Shown: positions 46,920 through 56,311 of the stretch, piece by piece
Numbering within the stretch: position 1 is the first letter of the stretch
How the letters are laid out: each line of letters begins with the position of its first letter
Assembly (NCBI GenBank): GCA_041749375.1
Contig: JBGTBN010000010.1
Span: forward strand, 9,828 to 73,827
Direction of reading: 5' to 3'
From: Spirochaetota bacterium
GTDB taxonomy: Bacteria > Spirochaetota > UBA4802 > UBA5550
DNA: 64,000 bases
Made by a program: the position numbers and the translations under genes
Notes under the pieces: generated by a model
Database searches by the model: none
What the model saw: the letters and a program-made list of their open reading frames with translations, nothing else
Told to the model about the DNA's origin: nothing

Positions 46920-47492
46920 TTGAAACGGACCGTTTTTCTAATCGGAATACCTTTTTTAGTTACCCTTTATTTTGGCTTCATCTTATCAAGTAAAGGCTGT
47001 AATTATGTTATGGCCAATCACCCGGATAAGCTCGTCGACTTTAACCACAAAAGCCACCTTTCAAAATATTTTCCTGCAAACGGCTTGAGCAAGGATGATT
47101 GCACCATCTGTCACGATTATTATCCAAACGGAAGGTTCAAGGGCCTTCCCACTGTCGCGGAGTGTACTTCCTGCCACGATCCGAACGGTACCGGCAATGA
47201 CGCCGATCCGAATGTGGCACGTCGCAAACCCATGCTCGACAAGTTCAAGGATACCGACAAACCGTGGGGGGCTTTCGCGAAACAACCCGGCCTCGTTTAT
47301 TTCAGCCACAAGGTCGTCATGACGGCGAAGTACGAGGATGGCAGGCTGAAAGCCAGGTGCGGCTCCTGTCACGGCGACAAGGCGGATTCAACGACCGCGG
47401 CCATGATCAAGGGCAAGATGCTCATGGGCCAGTGCGAGGACTGCCATACCGCGCTGAATCTCAGCAACAAGTGCGCCGTGTGCCACGACTGA
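46920..47492 (+). CDS. qrcA: Membrane-anchored pentaheme cytochrome c (QrcA/ActA-like)
   Basis: 190 aa. TTG start follows AAGGAGAGG. N-terminal TM helix. Five CxxCH motifs (CTICH, CTSCH, CGSCH, CEDCH, CAVCH). Confidence 0.75.
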   Translation: MKRTVFLIGIPFLVTLYFGFILSSKGCNYVMANHPDKLVDFNHKSHLSKYFPANGLSKDDCTICHDYYPNGRFKGLPTVAECTSCHDPNGTGNDADPNVARRKPMLDKFKDTDKPWGAFAKQPGLVYFSHKVVMTAKYEDGRLKARCGSCHGDKADSTTAAMIKGKMLMGQCEDCHTALNLSNKCAVCHD

Positions 47493-47534
47493 TAGCCTGA
47501 AATTACGAAACTTCTGAGAGGAGAAGGATTATCC

Positions 47535-49502
47535 ATGAAAAAGTTAGAACGTAAAGACTTCTTGATGTTAGGCGGCGGTGCTGTTGCCGGCGGCCTCGCA
47601 GGTTATGTTTTTTCCGGCGCGCCCTTCCTCGGACTTCAGTGGCTCGTGGAATGGACCCAGGACCAGCATGTCCCTGCCGGCGGCGCGGAGAATTACCTGA
47701 AAGCCGTATGCGGCGCCTGCCGCACTTCCTGCGATATGTCAATTCGGATGATCGGCGATCGTGCGGTGAAAATAGAGACCTCAAACAGCGGCTGTCCCTT
47801 CAGCCAGAACGCACTCCAGCTCCTGTATCATCCCGAGCGGCTTGATTCGCCGCTGAAGAGGACCGGCAGGAAGGGAACGGCAAAGGCCTCTGCGTTCGAA
47901 CCCGTTTCCTGGGACAAGGCAATTACGGACATCGCGAAGCGCATGAACAAGATGATCGGCGAGAAGAAAGGAAACCTGATCGCCGGAATCAGCAAGAACG
48001 ACAACCTCGCGGGCGCGCTCCTGAACAGGCTGGTAAAGGCCTCCGGAAGCGCCAACGCGTACTATGAGCCTTCCTTGAACACGCTTGCCCAGGCTGCCCT
48101 GGGCGGATACGTTGACTACGACTTCGCCAATGCGGACTTCATCCTCAGCTTCGGAGCGCGGCTCCTCGAGGGATGGGGCACACCCTGCTCGATGAACAGG
48201 AACTTCGTCGCCTGGAAGAAGAAGGGCGCGAAGCTGGTGCAGGCAGATGCGGTGCGCACCCGTACGGCATCGATAGCGGACACCTGGCTGGCCATCAAGC
48301 CCGGCACCGAGATAGTCCTGGCGCTGGGCATTGCCAACTGCCTCGCGAAGAAAGGCCGCGCTGCAGGCGGCGCCGACTGGATGGCGATCGTCGGACAGTA
48401 CACCCCGGAGAAGGCCGCGGCCATTACCGGGCTCAAGGCGAAGCAGATCGAGGAAGTGGCGGACGCGTTCGCCCGTGCCGGGAACCCGGTGGCGGTGGCG
48501 GGCCGCGGTGGAAGCGGCGTTTCCTCGTCATCCGCTGAGTTCCTCGCGGTGCAGGCGCTTAACGCCATGGTCGGGTCCCGTGCCGCTGCTCTGAAGAAGA
48601 GCCAGGGCCTCGGTGAGCCGGCCCTCTCGGCGAACGCGGCCGCATCGATCAAGGATGCGAAAAAGACCGTTGGCCTGGATGATTTTATCAAGAATGGAAA
48701 TTTCGAGATGCTCTTCGTGAACGAGGCCGATCCGGCGTACAAGAGCGTGTACGGCGCCGATCTCGTTAAAAAAATGGAGAGTGCGTTCGTGGTCGCGTTC
48801 ATGCCGCTGTTGAACGACACCGCCTTGTACGCGGACTATATTTTCCCCTCGCTGAGCTTCCTCGAGGAAGCCTCAGCGGCCGGGGACGCCCCGCTGAAGC
48901 CGTACATGAAGGCGGTCCACGCCGGCGACGCGATAATTACGCTGGCCAAAAAGGTCGATGACCTGAAAGGGGCCTTCCCCTGGAACGGTTATGTTGACCT
49001 GGTGAAGACATACGGGGCAGCGGCCGGAGCCGGCGCACCGAACTTCAACGCCAGGACGCTGGGCGACCATCTCGCCTCCCTCGAGAATACGCTGAAGGCG
49101 TCGGGCGACTTTCCGCTCAGCCTGGTGCCGATAGAGCTGACCTTCGTTGGCGACGGCGACGGGCTCGCGTTCCCCTACGTGCTTAAGACTATCGACGACA
49201 AGACCTACTCGCAGGGCAAGCTCTGGGTCCAGATCAACCGCAAGACCGCGGACGAGCAGGGCGTGTCCGAGGGCGAGCGGATCGATATCGAATCGTCCCG
49301 GGGCGAGATCGGCAGCGTCCGCGCACACCTGACCGATACGGTAGCGCCCGATACGATCGCGATACCGCTCGGGTTCGGCCACAGGGCATGCACCCGGTAC
49401 GCCCGGGAGAAAGGGGTAAACCCGAAGGAGATTATGGCGAACGACATCGATCCCCTGACCGGGGCCGCCAACTGGTGGCTCACCAGGGTCAAAATCAGTT
49501 AA
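47535..49502 (+). CDS. qrcB: Molybdopterin-oxidoreductase-family large subunit (QrcB-like)
   Basis: 655 aa. Degenerate Tat-like N-terminus (ERKDFLMLGGGAVAGGLAG). N-terminal FeS motif CGACRTSC...GCP. MopB-type domain order. It is smaller than catalytic Psr/Ttr subunits. Confidence 0.7.
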   Translation: MKKLERKDFLMLGGGAVAGGLAGYVFSGAPFLGLQWLVEWTQDQHVPAGGAENYLKAVCGACRTSCDMSIRMIGDRAVKIETSNSGCPFSQNALQLLYHPERLDSPLKRTGRKGTAKASAFEPVSWDKAITDIAKRMNKMIGEKKGNLIAGISKNDNLAGALLNRLVKASGSANAYYEPSLNTLAQAALGGYVDYDFANADFILSFGARLLEGWGTPCSMNRNFVAWKKKGAKLVQADAVRTRTASIADTWLAIKPGTEIVLALGIANCLAKKGRAAGGADWMAIVGQYTPEKAAAITGLKAKQIEEVADAFARAGNPVAVAGRGGSGVSSSSAEFLAVQALNAMVGSRAAALKKSQGLGEPALSANAAASIKDAKKTVGLDDFIKNGNFEMLFVNEADPAYKSVYGADLVKKMESAFVVAFMPLLNDTALYADYIFPSLSFLEEASAAGDAPLKPYMKAVHAGDAIITLAKKVDDLKGAFPWNGYVDLVKTYGAAAGAGAPNFNARTLGDHLASLENTLKASGDFPLSLVPIELTFVGDGDGLAFPYVLKTIDDKTYSQGKLWVQINRKTADEQGVSEGERIDIESSRGEIGSVRAHLTDTVAPDTIAIPLGFGHRACTRYAREKGVNPKEIMANDIDPLTGAANWWLTRVKIS

Positions 49503-49517
49503 GAGGTGGATACCGAC

Positions 49518-50321
49518 ATGAAGATGAACAGAAGATGGGGAATGGCGATAGACCTGGACAAATGCACCGGCTGCGGCGTATGCGCCATAGCCTGCTCCCA
49601 GGAAAACAATATGCCGGTGTTCGAGGATGACTCGGACCTGCCGAAGCGCGTGCAGTTCCTCGATTTGATGAAAGTCACCAATGACCGGGACGCCTCTTAC
49701 CCGGATGTCGAGGTCTGCTACATCCCGAAGATGTGCCAGCAGTGCGAAGGGAATGATCCGAAAAACCCGCAACCGCCCTGCGTATCGGTCTGCCCGGTCG
49801 TTGCCACTGATGTAGGCGATGACGGGGTCGTGAGCCAGGTCTGGTCGCGGTGCATCGGCTGCCGGTACTGCCAGGCGTCCTGCCCCTACGAGGCGCGTTC
49901 CTTCAACTGGTGGAAGCCGAAATATGAGGGATCGTTCAAAAACTCCCTCAATCCGGACGTGTCGATCGCGTCGCGCGGTACCGTGGTCAAATGCCAGTTC
50001 TGCAGCCACATCTGGAAACGGGAGCGGGACAAGGCCGCCGCGAACGGCGAGCTGGACATAAATGCGGTTACGTACACGCCGGCCTGCGTGGCCTCCTGCC
50101 CGACCGGCGCCATGCTTTTCGGGGACCTGAACGATCCGAATTCGGAGCTATGCCAGCTGCTTGAGAAAGAGAAGGCGCGGAAATTCCGGCTCGTCCACAC
50201 GATTGACGACAAGGACGAAAAGACCCGCGAAAAGATGATGCATATCAAACAGTTTCCCAATCCGAAGGTCTTCTACCTGACCAGCAAGACCTGGATCAAG
50301 GGAATGATGAAATTTAAATAG
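49518..50321 (+). CDS. qrcC: Four-cluster 4Fe-4S protein (QrcC / PsrB-like)
   Basis: ATG at 49518 follows GAGGTGGA; the track ORF begins at a GTG at 49506. Contains WGMAIDLDKCTGCGVCAIAC, CQQCE..PPCVSVCP, CIGCRYCQASCP and ACVASCPTGA. Confidence 0.8.
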   Translation: MKMNRRWGMAIDLDKCTGCGVCAIACSQENNMPVFEDDSDLPKRVQFLDLMKVTNDRDASYPDVEVCYIPKMCQQCEGNDPKNPQPPCVSVCPVVATDVGDDGVVSQVWSRCIGCRYCQASCPYEARSFNWWKPKYEGSFKNSLNPDVSIASRGTVVKCQFCSHIWKRERDKAAANGELDINAVTYTPACVASCPTGAMLFGDLNDPNSELCQLLEKEKARKFRLVHTIDDKDEKTREKMMHIKQFPNPKVFYLTSKTWIKGMMKFK

Positions 50322-50351
50322 ACTCCGATACTCTGATTAAGGAGAAAAACA

Positions 50352-51617
50352 GTGGACCTCATTAAAAAGTTTATTAATTTCCTCAAGACGGAATTCAACA
50401 GCTATTCACGGAACGTCCGGATAGCGCTCTACATACTCTTTTTCTTTACAGCCGGGTTCATCATCTTCGGAATACAGATCCTTTTCTGGGGACTGGGCTA
50501 TACCGATATGAGCAACGTGTATCCCTTCGGCCAGTGGATTATCGGTGACCTGGGCCTGGTCGGACTGGGCGGCGGGGCCTTTACCACCGGCTTTTTGCTC
50601 TATATCTTCAGGAACGACAAGCTGGAGCCCCTCATCAACTCAACCGTGCTGATTGGCTTCATGTGTTACCTGTTCACCCTGGTATTCCTCGTTTTTGACA
50701 TAGGCCAGCCACTCCGGGCATGGTTCGGTTACACCTACCCCAACTGGGGACCCGGCCTGATGCCGGTCTCGATGCTGACAGAGGTAGTCTGGTGCCTCAC
50801 CCTGTATTTCATGATCCTCTGCGTGGAGCTTGTCCCGGTCGTTCTGAAGCACAAAGTACTAGAGGCAATACCGCTGCTGAAATATATCGGCCATTACCTT
50901 CACCGGCTCATGTGGATCTTCGCGGCTGCCGGCACGTTCCTCTCGTTCTTCCACCAGGGCTCCCTGGGCGGCGGCATGTGGGACATCATGTATGGCAAGG
51001 CCGCCTGGTTCCGCGCGCACCACATCTATTTCTTCGTGGTAATCATAGGCGCGACGGCAGGCGGCACCGCGTTCATGACGCTCTGTGCCTACATAGCCGG
51101 CAAAGTCATGAAGAAGGAAGTCGTACCGGCCGAGACGTTCCAGTCCATAGCGAAGGTCTCCGGCGTCATGATTACGGTCTATTTCATCGCGCGCCTGGCC
51201 GACGTCATCCTGATGGCGACCGCGTGGACGCCGCTCTTCGACAGGAGTTTTGCCGCGAACATGGGCGGCTATTACGGCTGGTGGATGCTGGTCATCGAGT
51301 TCGGGCTTGCAGCGGCAGCCATCGTTCTGCTCCTGATCCCGAAATTCCGCAAGGAAGAGAAGACCTTCGTCGCTGGGATCAGCTGCGCGGCCGGATCGCT
51401 GTTCATCGGCAAGCTTATCGTTGTGCTGAATGGATCGTCGGTCCCCAACTTCCCCTGGAAGGAATTCGCAGCGTATAACCCGACCATACAGGAATGGTTT
51501 ATCATGCTGGGCGGTATCTCCGTGATGATCCTGATTTACATGTGGTTCGCCAAGTACACGCCGCTCTTTCCCCATGCCGCGCAGGCGCATCATGAGGGCG
51601 AGGGGCACAAGGCGTAG
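50352..51617 (+). CDS. qrcD: NrfD/PsrC-family integral membrane quinone-interacting subunit (QrcD-like)
   Basis: 421 aa. GTG start follows AAGGAG. About 10 TM helices with NrfD-like topology. Confidence 0.75.
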   Translation: MDLIKKFINFLKTEFNSYSRNVRIALYILFFFTAGFIIFGIQILFWGLGYTDMSNVYPFGQWIIGDLGLVGLGGGAFTTGFLLYIFRNDKLEPLINSTVLIGFMCYLFTLVFLVFDIGQPLRAWFGYTYPNWGPGLMPVSMLTEVVWCLTLYFMILCVELVPVVLKHKVLEAIPLLKYIGHYLHRLMWIFAAAGTFLSFFHQGSLGGGMWDIMYGKAAWFRAHHIYFFVVIIGATAGGTAFMTLCAYIAGKVMKKEVVPAETFQSIAKVSGVMITVYFIARLADVILMATAWTPLFDRSFAANMGGYYGWWMLVIEFGLAAAAIVLLLIPKFRKEEKTFVAGISCAAGSLFIGKLIVVLNGSSVPNFPWKEFAAYNPTIQEWFIMLGGISVMILIYMWFAKYTPLFPHAAQAHHEGEGHKA

Positions 51618-51652
51618 TAGACAGATCACGACAGGATGTCCAGAAACATGAA

Positions 51653-51679
51653 AGCGGCAGCGTGTCTGCCGCTTTTTTC
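51653..51679 (+). terminator. Rho-independent terminator of the qrc-like operon
   Basis: AGCGGCAGcgtgtCTGCCGCT followed by TTTTT. Confidence 0.8.
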
Positions 51680-51796
51680 ATTTTGTATCGGTTTACTATT
51701 GAAAAAATGTCACTGAAGTGATGACCGTGTAATTAACTGCTTGACAATTAATGCCGATCTTAGTATGAGAACTGGAATGTCAGTCAGGAAAGTCCA

Positions 51797-52174
51797 ATGA
51801 TCGATCTGCATGCCGAGCAATTCGGCGATACAATAATAATCCACCTTAACGGTGTTTTTAACATCGACAGCGTCGCGCGCGTGGAGCAGGTGTGGGTGGA
51901 CCAGGTCGTCAAGGTGCCGCGGCTGATCGCAATAAACTGCCTGAAGCTCGAGTCCCTGGATTCATCTGCCATCGGCAGTATCGTCAAGTTTTTCAACTTT
52001 GCCATGGGCAGGGGTATCATGATGGTGTTCTACGACCTGAACCCCCAGATCCAGAGGCTGTTCGAGACCGCCAGGCTTACCCGCTACTTCAACATCACAA
52101 CTGTATCGGATTTTAAAAACCGCTATTTTCTTGAGCCGCAGCAGCCGGTCTGCGAGATGGTTTCCGCACTCTAG
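51797..52174 (+). CDS. STAS-domain protein (anti-sigma-factor antagonist-like)
   Basis: 125 aa. Contains LIAINCLKLESLDSSAIGSIVKF...NPQIQRLFETARLTRYF. Confidence 0.75.
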   Translation: MIDLHAEQFGDTIIIHLNGVFNIDSVARVEQVWVDQVVKVPRLIAINCLKLESLDSSAIGSIVKFFNFAMGRGIMMVFYDLNPQIQRLFETARLTRYFNITTVSDFKNRYFLEPQQPVCEMVSAL

Positions 52175-52311
52175 TCCCCCTTCGATACTCTGCCACGCAG
52201 CACCCGGGGACCGTTAACCCACGGCTTCTCGCCGCACGTATACAGGCCTGTCCTCATCAGGATCGAATGGATCCGTGAATAGCCGGGGGATGGAGATGAA
52301 CGGGATGCCGG

Positions 52312-53316
52312 TCAGCGCACGATATTGAGCTCGTGTCCGCAGGAGGCGCAGGCGCTGCCCCTCAGCTTTTCTATCCGCGTGGAGTAGCCGATCCTGCGAA
52401 TGAGCGTCCTGTGGCACGAGGGGCAGATCGTGTCGTGACCCCCGGCTTCGGACGGGACGTTGCCGCAGTAGACGAAGTCCAGCTGTTTCGCTGCCTCCGC
52501 ATGGAGATCCGTCAGGTATTTTACGTCTGTCGCGGGACGGCCGTACCGGTAGTTCGGATAGTAGCGGGATATGTGCCAGGGTATGCGCCTGTCAACGGAA
52601 GCGATGAACCCGATAATGTCCCGCATCTCCTCCATCGAGTCGTTGACGCCGGGTACGACCAGCGTCGTAAGCTCGACATGGCACCCGTGTGCGTGTGCGT
52701 ATTTGATCGTTTCCAGCACCTCTGCGAGCCTCGCCTTCTGCACCGTGCGGTAGGTTTCTTCGCGGAAGCTTTTCAGGTCGATGTTCATGGCGTCGATAAA
52801 GGGGAGTAGTTGCTCCAGCGGCTCGCGGTTGATAAAGCCATTGGTGACCATCACGTTGACGAGCTGTTTTTCTCGCGCCAGAATAGCCGTGTCCAGCACG
52901 TATTCGTACCAGATGATCGGTTCGGAGTAGGTATAGGCGATACCGACAGACCCCTCGCGAAGCGCATGGTTGATTATGTCGATGGACGAATAGCGGCTCG
53001 CGCGCGCAGTTGCGTCCTGGGAGATATTCCAGTTCTGGCAGTAGGGGCATTTCATGTTGCACCCGCGGGTGCCCACCGAGAGTATCGATGACCCTGGATG
53101 GAAGTGATAGAGAGGCTTTTTTTCAATCGGGTCCATGGCGACGGCGGTATGGAGCCCGTAGATTTCGGTGACGAGGGTGCCGTCGCAGTTTTTTCTTACA
53201 CCACAGATGCCATGTTTCCCTTTGCGGATTACGCAATTATGGGGGCAGAGACGGCACCCAACGGTCCCGGTTCCGTCATCTGTTTTGTCATAAAAGGAGG
53301 CTTCGTGGCCGTTCAT
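52312..53316 (-). CDS. amrS: AmmeMemoRadiSam-system radical SAM enzyme
   Basis: 334 aa. Contains CRLCPHNCVIRKGKHGICGVRKN...DPIEKKPLYHFHPGS...GTRGCNMKCPYCQNWNISQ. Confidence 0.8.
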   Translation of the reverse strand: MNGHEASFYDKTDDGTGTVGCRLCPHNCVIRKGKHGICGVRKNCDGTLVTEIYGLHTAVAMDPIEKKPLYHFHPGSSILSVGTRGCNMKCPYCQNWNISQDATARASRYSSIDIINHALREGSVGIAYTYSEPIIWYEYVLDTAILAREKQLVNVMVTNGFINREPLEQLLPFIDAMNIDLKSFREETYRTVQKARLAEVLETIKYAHAHGCHVELTTLVVPGVNDSMEEMRDIIGFIASVDRRIPWHISRYYPNYRYGRPATDVKYLTDLHAEAAKQLDFVYCGNVPSEAGGHDTICPSCHRTLIRRIGYSTRIEKLRGSACASCGHELNIVR

Positions 53317-53333
53317 AAAGGCCTGCCTGTGCG

Positions 53334-53777
53334 TTATTCGGCGGCTGCTTCGCCCTCGGGTTCTTTCGGTTCGTCTCTTTCCTCGGATTCCTTATCAGGC
53401 TTCCTGGGATCGCCCTTGATCATCTCGCATTTGCCCTCGAACACAACGCCGTCGGCGATCTGAAGCTTTGCTGTCCTGATATTGCCGTAAAGTTTACCGG
53501 TGGCGTGGATCTCCAGGCGGGTGGTTGCCTCGATGTTGCCATGGACCGTACCAATGATGATGACCGTTTTGGCCTTGATATTGGCCTTCACGACCGCTCC
53601 TTCCCCCACGACCAGGAATCCGCCCGAGACGATCTCACCCTCGAAATTCCCGTTTATCTGGAGGGATTTTTTAAATGAGAGCTCGCCGTTGAATTCGGTG
53701 TCCTTGCTGAACACCGTCGTGACCATCCCGATATCATACACCGGGTTCTTGTTTATCTGGATAACCTTTTTAGCCAT
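53334..53777 (-). CDS. Bactofilin
   Basis: 147 aa. Repetitive beta-helix pattern (FNGELSF..SLQINGNFEGEIVSGGFLVVGEGAVVKANIKAKTVIIIGTVHGNIEATTRLEIHATGKLYGNI). Acidic C-terminal tail. Confidence 0.85.
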   Translation of the reverse strand: MAKKVIQINKNPVYDIGMVTTVFSKDTEFNGELSFKKSLQINGNFEGEIVSGGFLVVGEGAVVKANIKAKTVIIIGTVHGNIEATTRLEIHATGKLYGNIRTAKLQIADGVVFEGKCEMIKGDPRKPDKESEERDEPKEPEGEAAAE

Positions 53778-53795
53778 GTTCCTGTCCGCCGTGTG

Positions 53796-54017
53796 TTATT
53801 TTGTCGTCATAGTGAAAACGCCGTCCCAGTCATCGCCCGGCGGATCGTTCTTGAATTCGCGGGACCGATCGAGATAGAGAGATGACGGTCCGTCTTCGGG
53901 ATCGATCGCCAGGGCCTTTTCAAAGGCATGGATGGCGTCGTCCCATCGCCGCTGCTTGTACGCCGCCAGGCCCATGTTGTAGAATTTCAACAGATCTTCT
54001 TTTTCTTTTGTGATCAT
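53796..54017 (-). CDS. Small TPR-like protein
   Basis: 73 aa. One TPR (YNMGLAAYKQRRWDDAIHAFEKALAIDPED) followed by PSSLYLDRSREFKNDPPGDDWDGVFTMTTK. This resembles the C-terminal tail found on some class III nucleotidyl cyclases. Confidence 0.5.
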   Translation of the reverse strand: MITKEKEDLLKFYNMGLAAYKQRRWDDAIHAFEKALAIDPEDGPSSLYLDRSREFKNDPPGDDWDGVFTMTTK

Positions 54018-54140
54018 GACATTCTCCGGGGTAGCGGTGTTTGATCGGGTCTATCTAACTATATTCAAGGCCCGTAATATTACAACTTAATTTTTTGTGC
54101 GGACCGCTGAAAATCGGCGCCCGCACGTTTGGTCCGGGCC

Positions 54141-55115
54141 TTAATACGTCCTGTTCAGTAAAAATTCAGACAGATCGAGTAAAATGTTTTTAAAAACTGA
54201 ATCCGGATATCCGCCCAGTATGCCGCGTGCCCGGTCGATGTAATCGCCGGCAAGTCGGACCGAGTAATCGATGGCCCCCGAATCTGCAAGGCGCTTTTTA
54301 ATCTCTTCCCATGCCTGCTGGTCAGGACTTGTTATATACTGTTTGAGGCGCGTCAGGTCGGCGGGCCCGCCCTGCTCGATGAGGTAGAGAAAGGGAAGGG
54401 TGATTTTCCCGTCTTTGAAGTCACTTCCCACGTCCTTGCCGACCTGCTCGGATTTCTGCATGATGTCAAGCGTGTCGTCGATTATCTGGAAGGCGAAGCC
54501 GAGGTTCAGGCCGAAGCGGTACAGCTCATCGCATTCTTCCCGGGGAAGGCATGATTTCACGGCGCCCAGCCTGCAGCACGAGCCCATGAATTGCGCCGTT
54601 TTCAGCTCGATTATCTTCATGTAGTGCTCGCGCCGGGCCGTATCGATGTCGGCGTACTCGATCTGGCACAACTCGCCCATGACCATGTCCTTGGTCCCGT
54701 TGACCATGAGGGGGAAGATGGCCGGGTTGCCATCCTGGATGGCGGTGTTGAGCGCGACCGAATACATGAAATCACCCGCGAGCACGGCGACCTTGTTGCC
54801 CCATTTTTGGGGTACGGTGATGTTGCCGCGGCGGAATATCGACTGGTCGATGATGTCGTCATGAATAAGGGACGCGGCATGGACTATTTCGGTCGCGGCC
54901 GCGAGTGGAATGATGCCGTCGGGTACGGGGCCGCGCAGGCCGCTGGTCAGGATGACCAGGGAGGCCCTGATCCTCTTGCCGCCGCCGAGAAATAGGTGGA
55001 GTGAGCTCGCGTCGATGATCGGCACGCCCGTCTTAAGCCTGTTCTCGATTTCTTTTTCAACGTGTTTGAGGTAATCGCTCAGCGGCGCGAATATCGTTTT
55101 TATGTCCTTTCCCAT
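54141..55115 (-). CDS. ispB: Long-chain polyprenyl diphosphate synthase (IspB-like)
   Basis: Contains ASLIHDDIIDQSIFRRG and FQIIDDTLD. Start taken at ATG 55115; the track ORF begins at a GTG at 55151, which would overlap the upstream STAS gene. Confidence 0.8.
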   Translation of the reverse strand: MGKDIKTIFAPLSDYLKHVEKEIENRLKTGVPIIDASSLHLFLGGGKRIRASLVILTSGLRGPVPDGIIPLAAATEIVHAASLIHDDIIDQSIFRRGNITVPQKWGNKVAVLAGDFMYSVALNTAIQDGNPAIFPLMVNGTKDMVMGELCQIEYADIDTARREHYMKIIELKTAQFMGSCCRLGAVKSCLPREECDELYRFGLNLGFAFQIIDDTLDIMQKSEQVGKDVGSDFKDGKITLPFLYLIEQGGPADLTRLKQYITSPDQQAWEEIKKRLADSGAIDYSVRLAGDYIDRARGILGGYPDSVFKNILLDLSEFLLNRTY

Positions 55116-55129
55116 GTCGCGCGCCGCTG

Positions 55130-55459
55130 TCAGTCGAAGGTCGATAGGCACTCGCGCTGGGATTCGAATATTTCGAACACTTTATCGAGCATGGTGGTTT
55201 CAAAAAGTCTCAGCAGGTTGTCGTTGACGATGACGAGCTTGATGTCGCCCTCGTTGTCCTTGATCTTTCTTTTAATGGCCACCAGAACACCCAGGGCCGA
55301 GCTGCAGATATGTTTAACATCCATCATGTCGATGCAGATGTTGTTCTTGCCCTTGTCAAGGCAATCCTGGAGCATCCCCTCGAGCTCCTCCGATCCTTCC
55401 TGGTCGATGCGTCCGTCGAGAATAAGAATTTCAACATTGTCAGTTGATTTTCTCTTCAT
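55130..55459 (-). CDS. STAS-domain anti-sigma-factor antagonist
   Basis: 109 aa. Contains ICIDMMDVKHICSSALGVLVAI...LLRLFETTMLDKVFEIF. Confidence 0.8.
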   Translation of the reverse strand: MKRKSTDNVEILILDGRIDQEGSEELEGMLQDCLDKGKNNICIDMMDVKHICSSALGVLVAIKRKIKDNEGDIKLVIVNDNLLRLFETTMLDKVFEIFESQRECLSTFD

Positions 55460-55603
55460 GTTATAGTCTCCATACCGCTGTTGTTTGTTTCGTCCCGCTC
55501 CGCAGCCGACATCGCGTCGATTGATGCAGGAAGCTCCCTTATATACCGATAGTATGCCGGGGTCAATTCATATATTCGCAGTAGATCCATTTTACAATAA
55601 AAA

Positions 55604-56311
55604 TTATTTTTTTTCAAGTCTTTTTATGTCCGCCCGGGCCATTGTAAGGGAAATTACGCTGCGGGCGCCCGCATTCATGAGCTGGCGGGCGCATTCGTTG
55701 ATCGTGGCGCCGGTCGTGAAGATATCATCGACAAGCAGAACCGATTGCCCCGCCAGGCGGGCACCGGGTGCGGCCTCGTACCGGCCGAGGATGTTGATGA
55801 AACGGTCCCGCAGGCCCAGCTCTCTCTGCTTTCCGGTGCCGCTCCGCTCCGAAAGGAGCCTTCGGGAGGGGATGCCCGTTTTTTTCGATACGGCGCGAGC
55901 GATCAGCTCCGACTGGTTGAACCCGCGGTGCCGCAGCTTTTTCGCGTTCATCGGGACCCATGTTATCAGGTCGGCCGATACGCCCCTGGCGGACAGCTCG
56001 TCGCAGGCGAGTGCGCCCAGGACGGCATGAAGCCTGCGCACCTTTCCGAATTTGAGCTCGCGGAGGAGGTTCTTCATGATGCCGCTATACGCCGCCACGG
56101 TGATGTTCGTGTCAAGGTACCAGCGGCGGCCGGAGCAGACGGTGCATGTCCCGTTTTCCGGCTCCGGTCCGGAGCAGACCGGGCATGATCGGTCGAGGAA
56201 AGGTATTGCACGGGCGCAAGAGCTGCAGAGAAAATTCATCTGCGACGAAACGGGCCGTCCGCACCCGGCGCAGCGCGAAGGGAACAGAATGTCGGCGAAC
56301 AGCTCTATCAT
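55604..56311 (-). CDS. comF: ComF-family protein (PRTase fold with N-terminal Zn finger)
   Basis: Start at the internal ATG (MIELFADILFPSRCAGCG...). Contains CxxC pairs and the PRTase motif VLLVDDIFTTGAT. ATGA overlap with the queC stop. Confidence 0.8.
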   Translation of the reverse strand: MIELFADILFPSRCAGCGRPVSSQMNFLCSSCARAIPFLDRSCPVCSGPEPENGTCTVCSGRRWYLDTNITVAAYSGIMKNLLRELKFGKVRRLHAVLGALACDELSARGVSADLITWVPMNAKKLRHRGFNQSELIARAVSKKTGIPSRRLLSERSGTGKQRELGLRDRFINILGRYEAAPGARLAGQSVLLVDDIFTTGATINECARQLMNAGARSVISLTMARADIKRLEKK

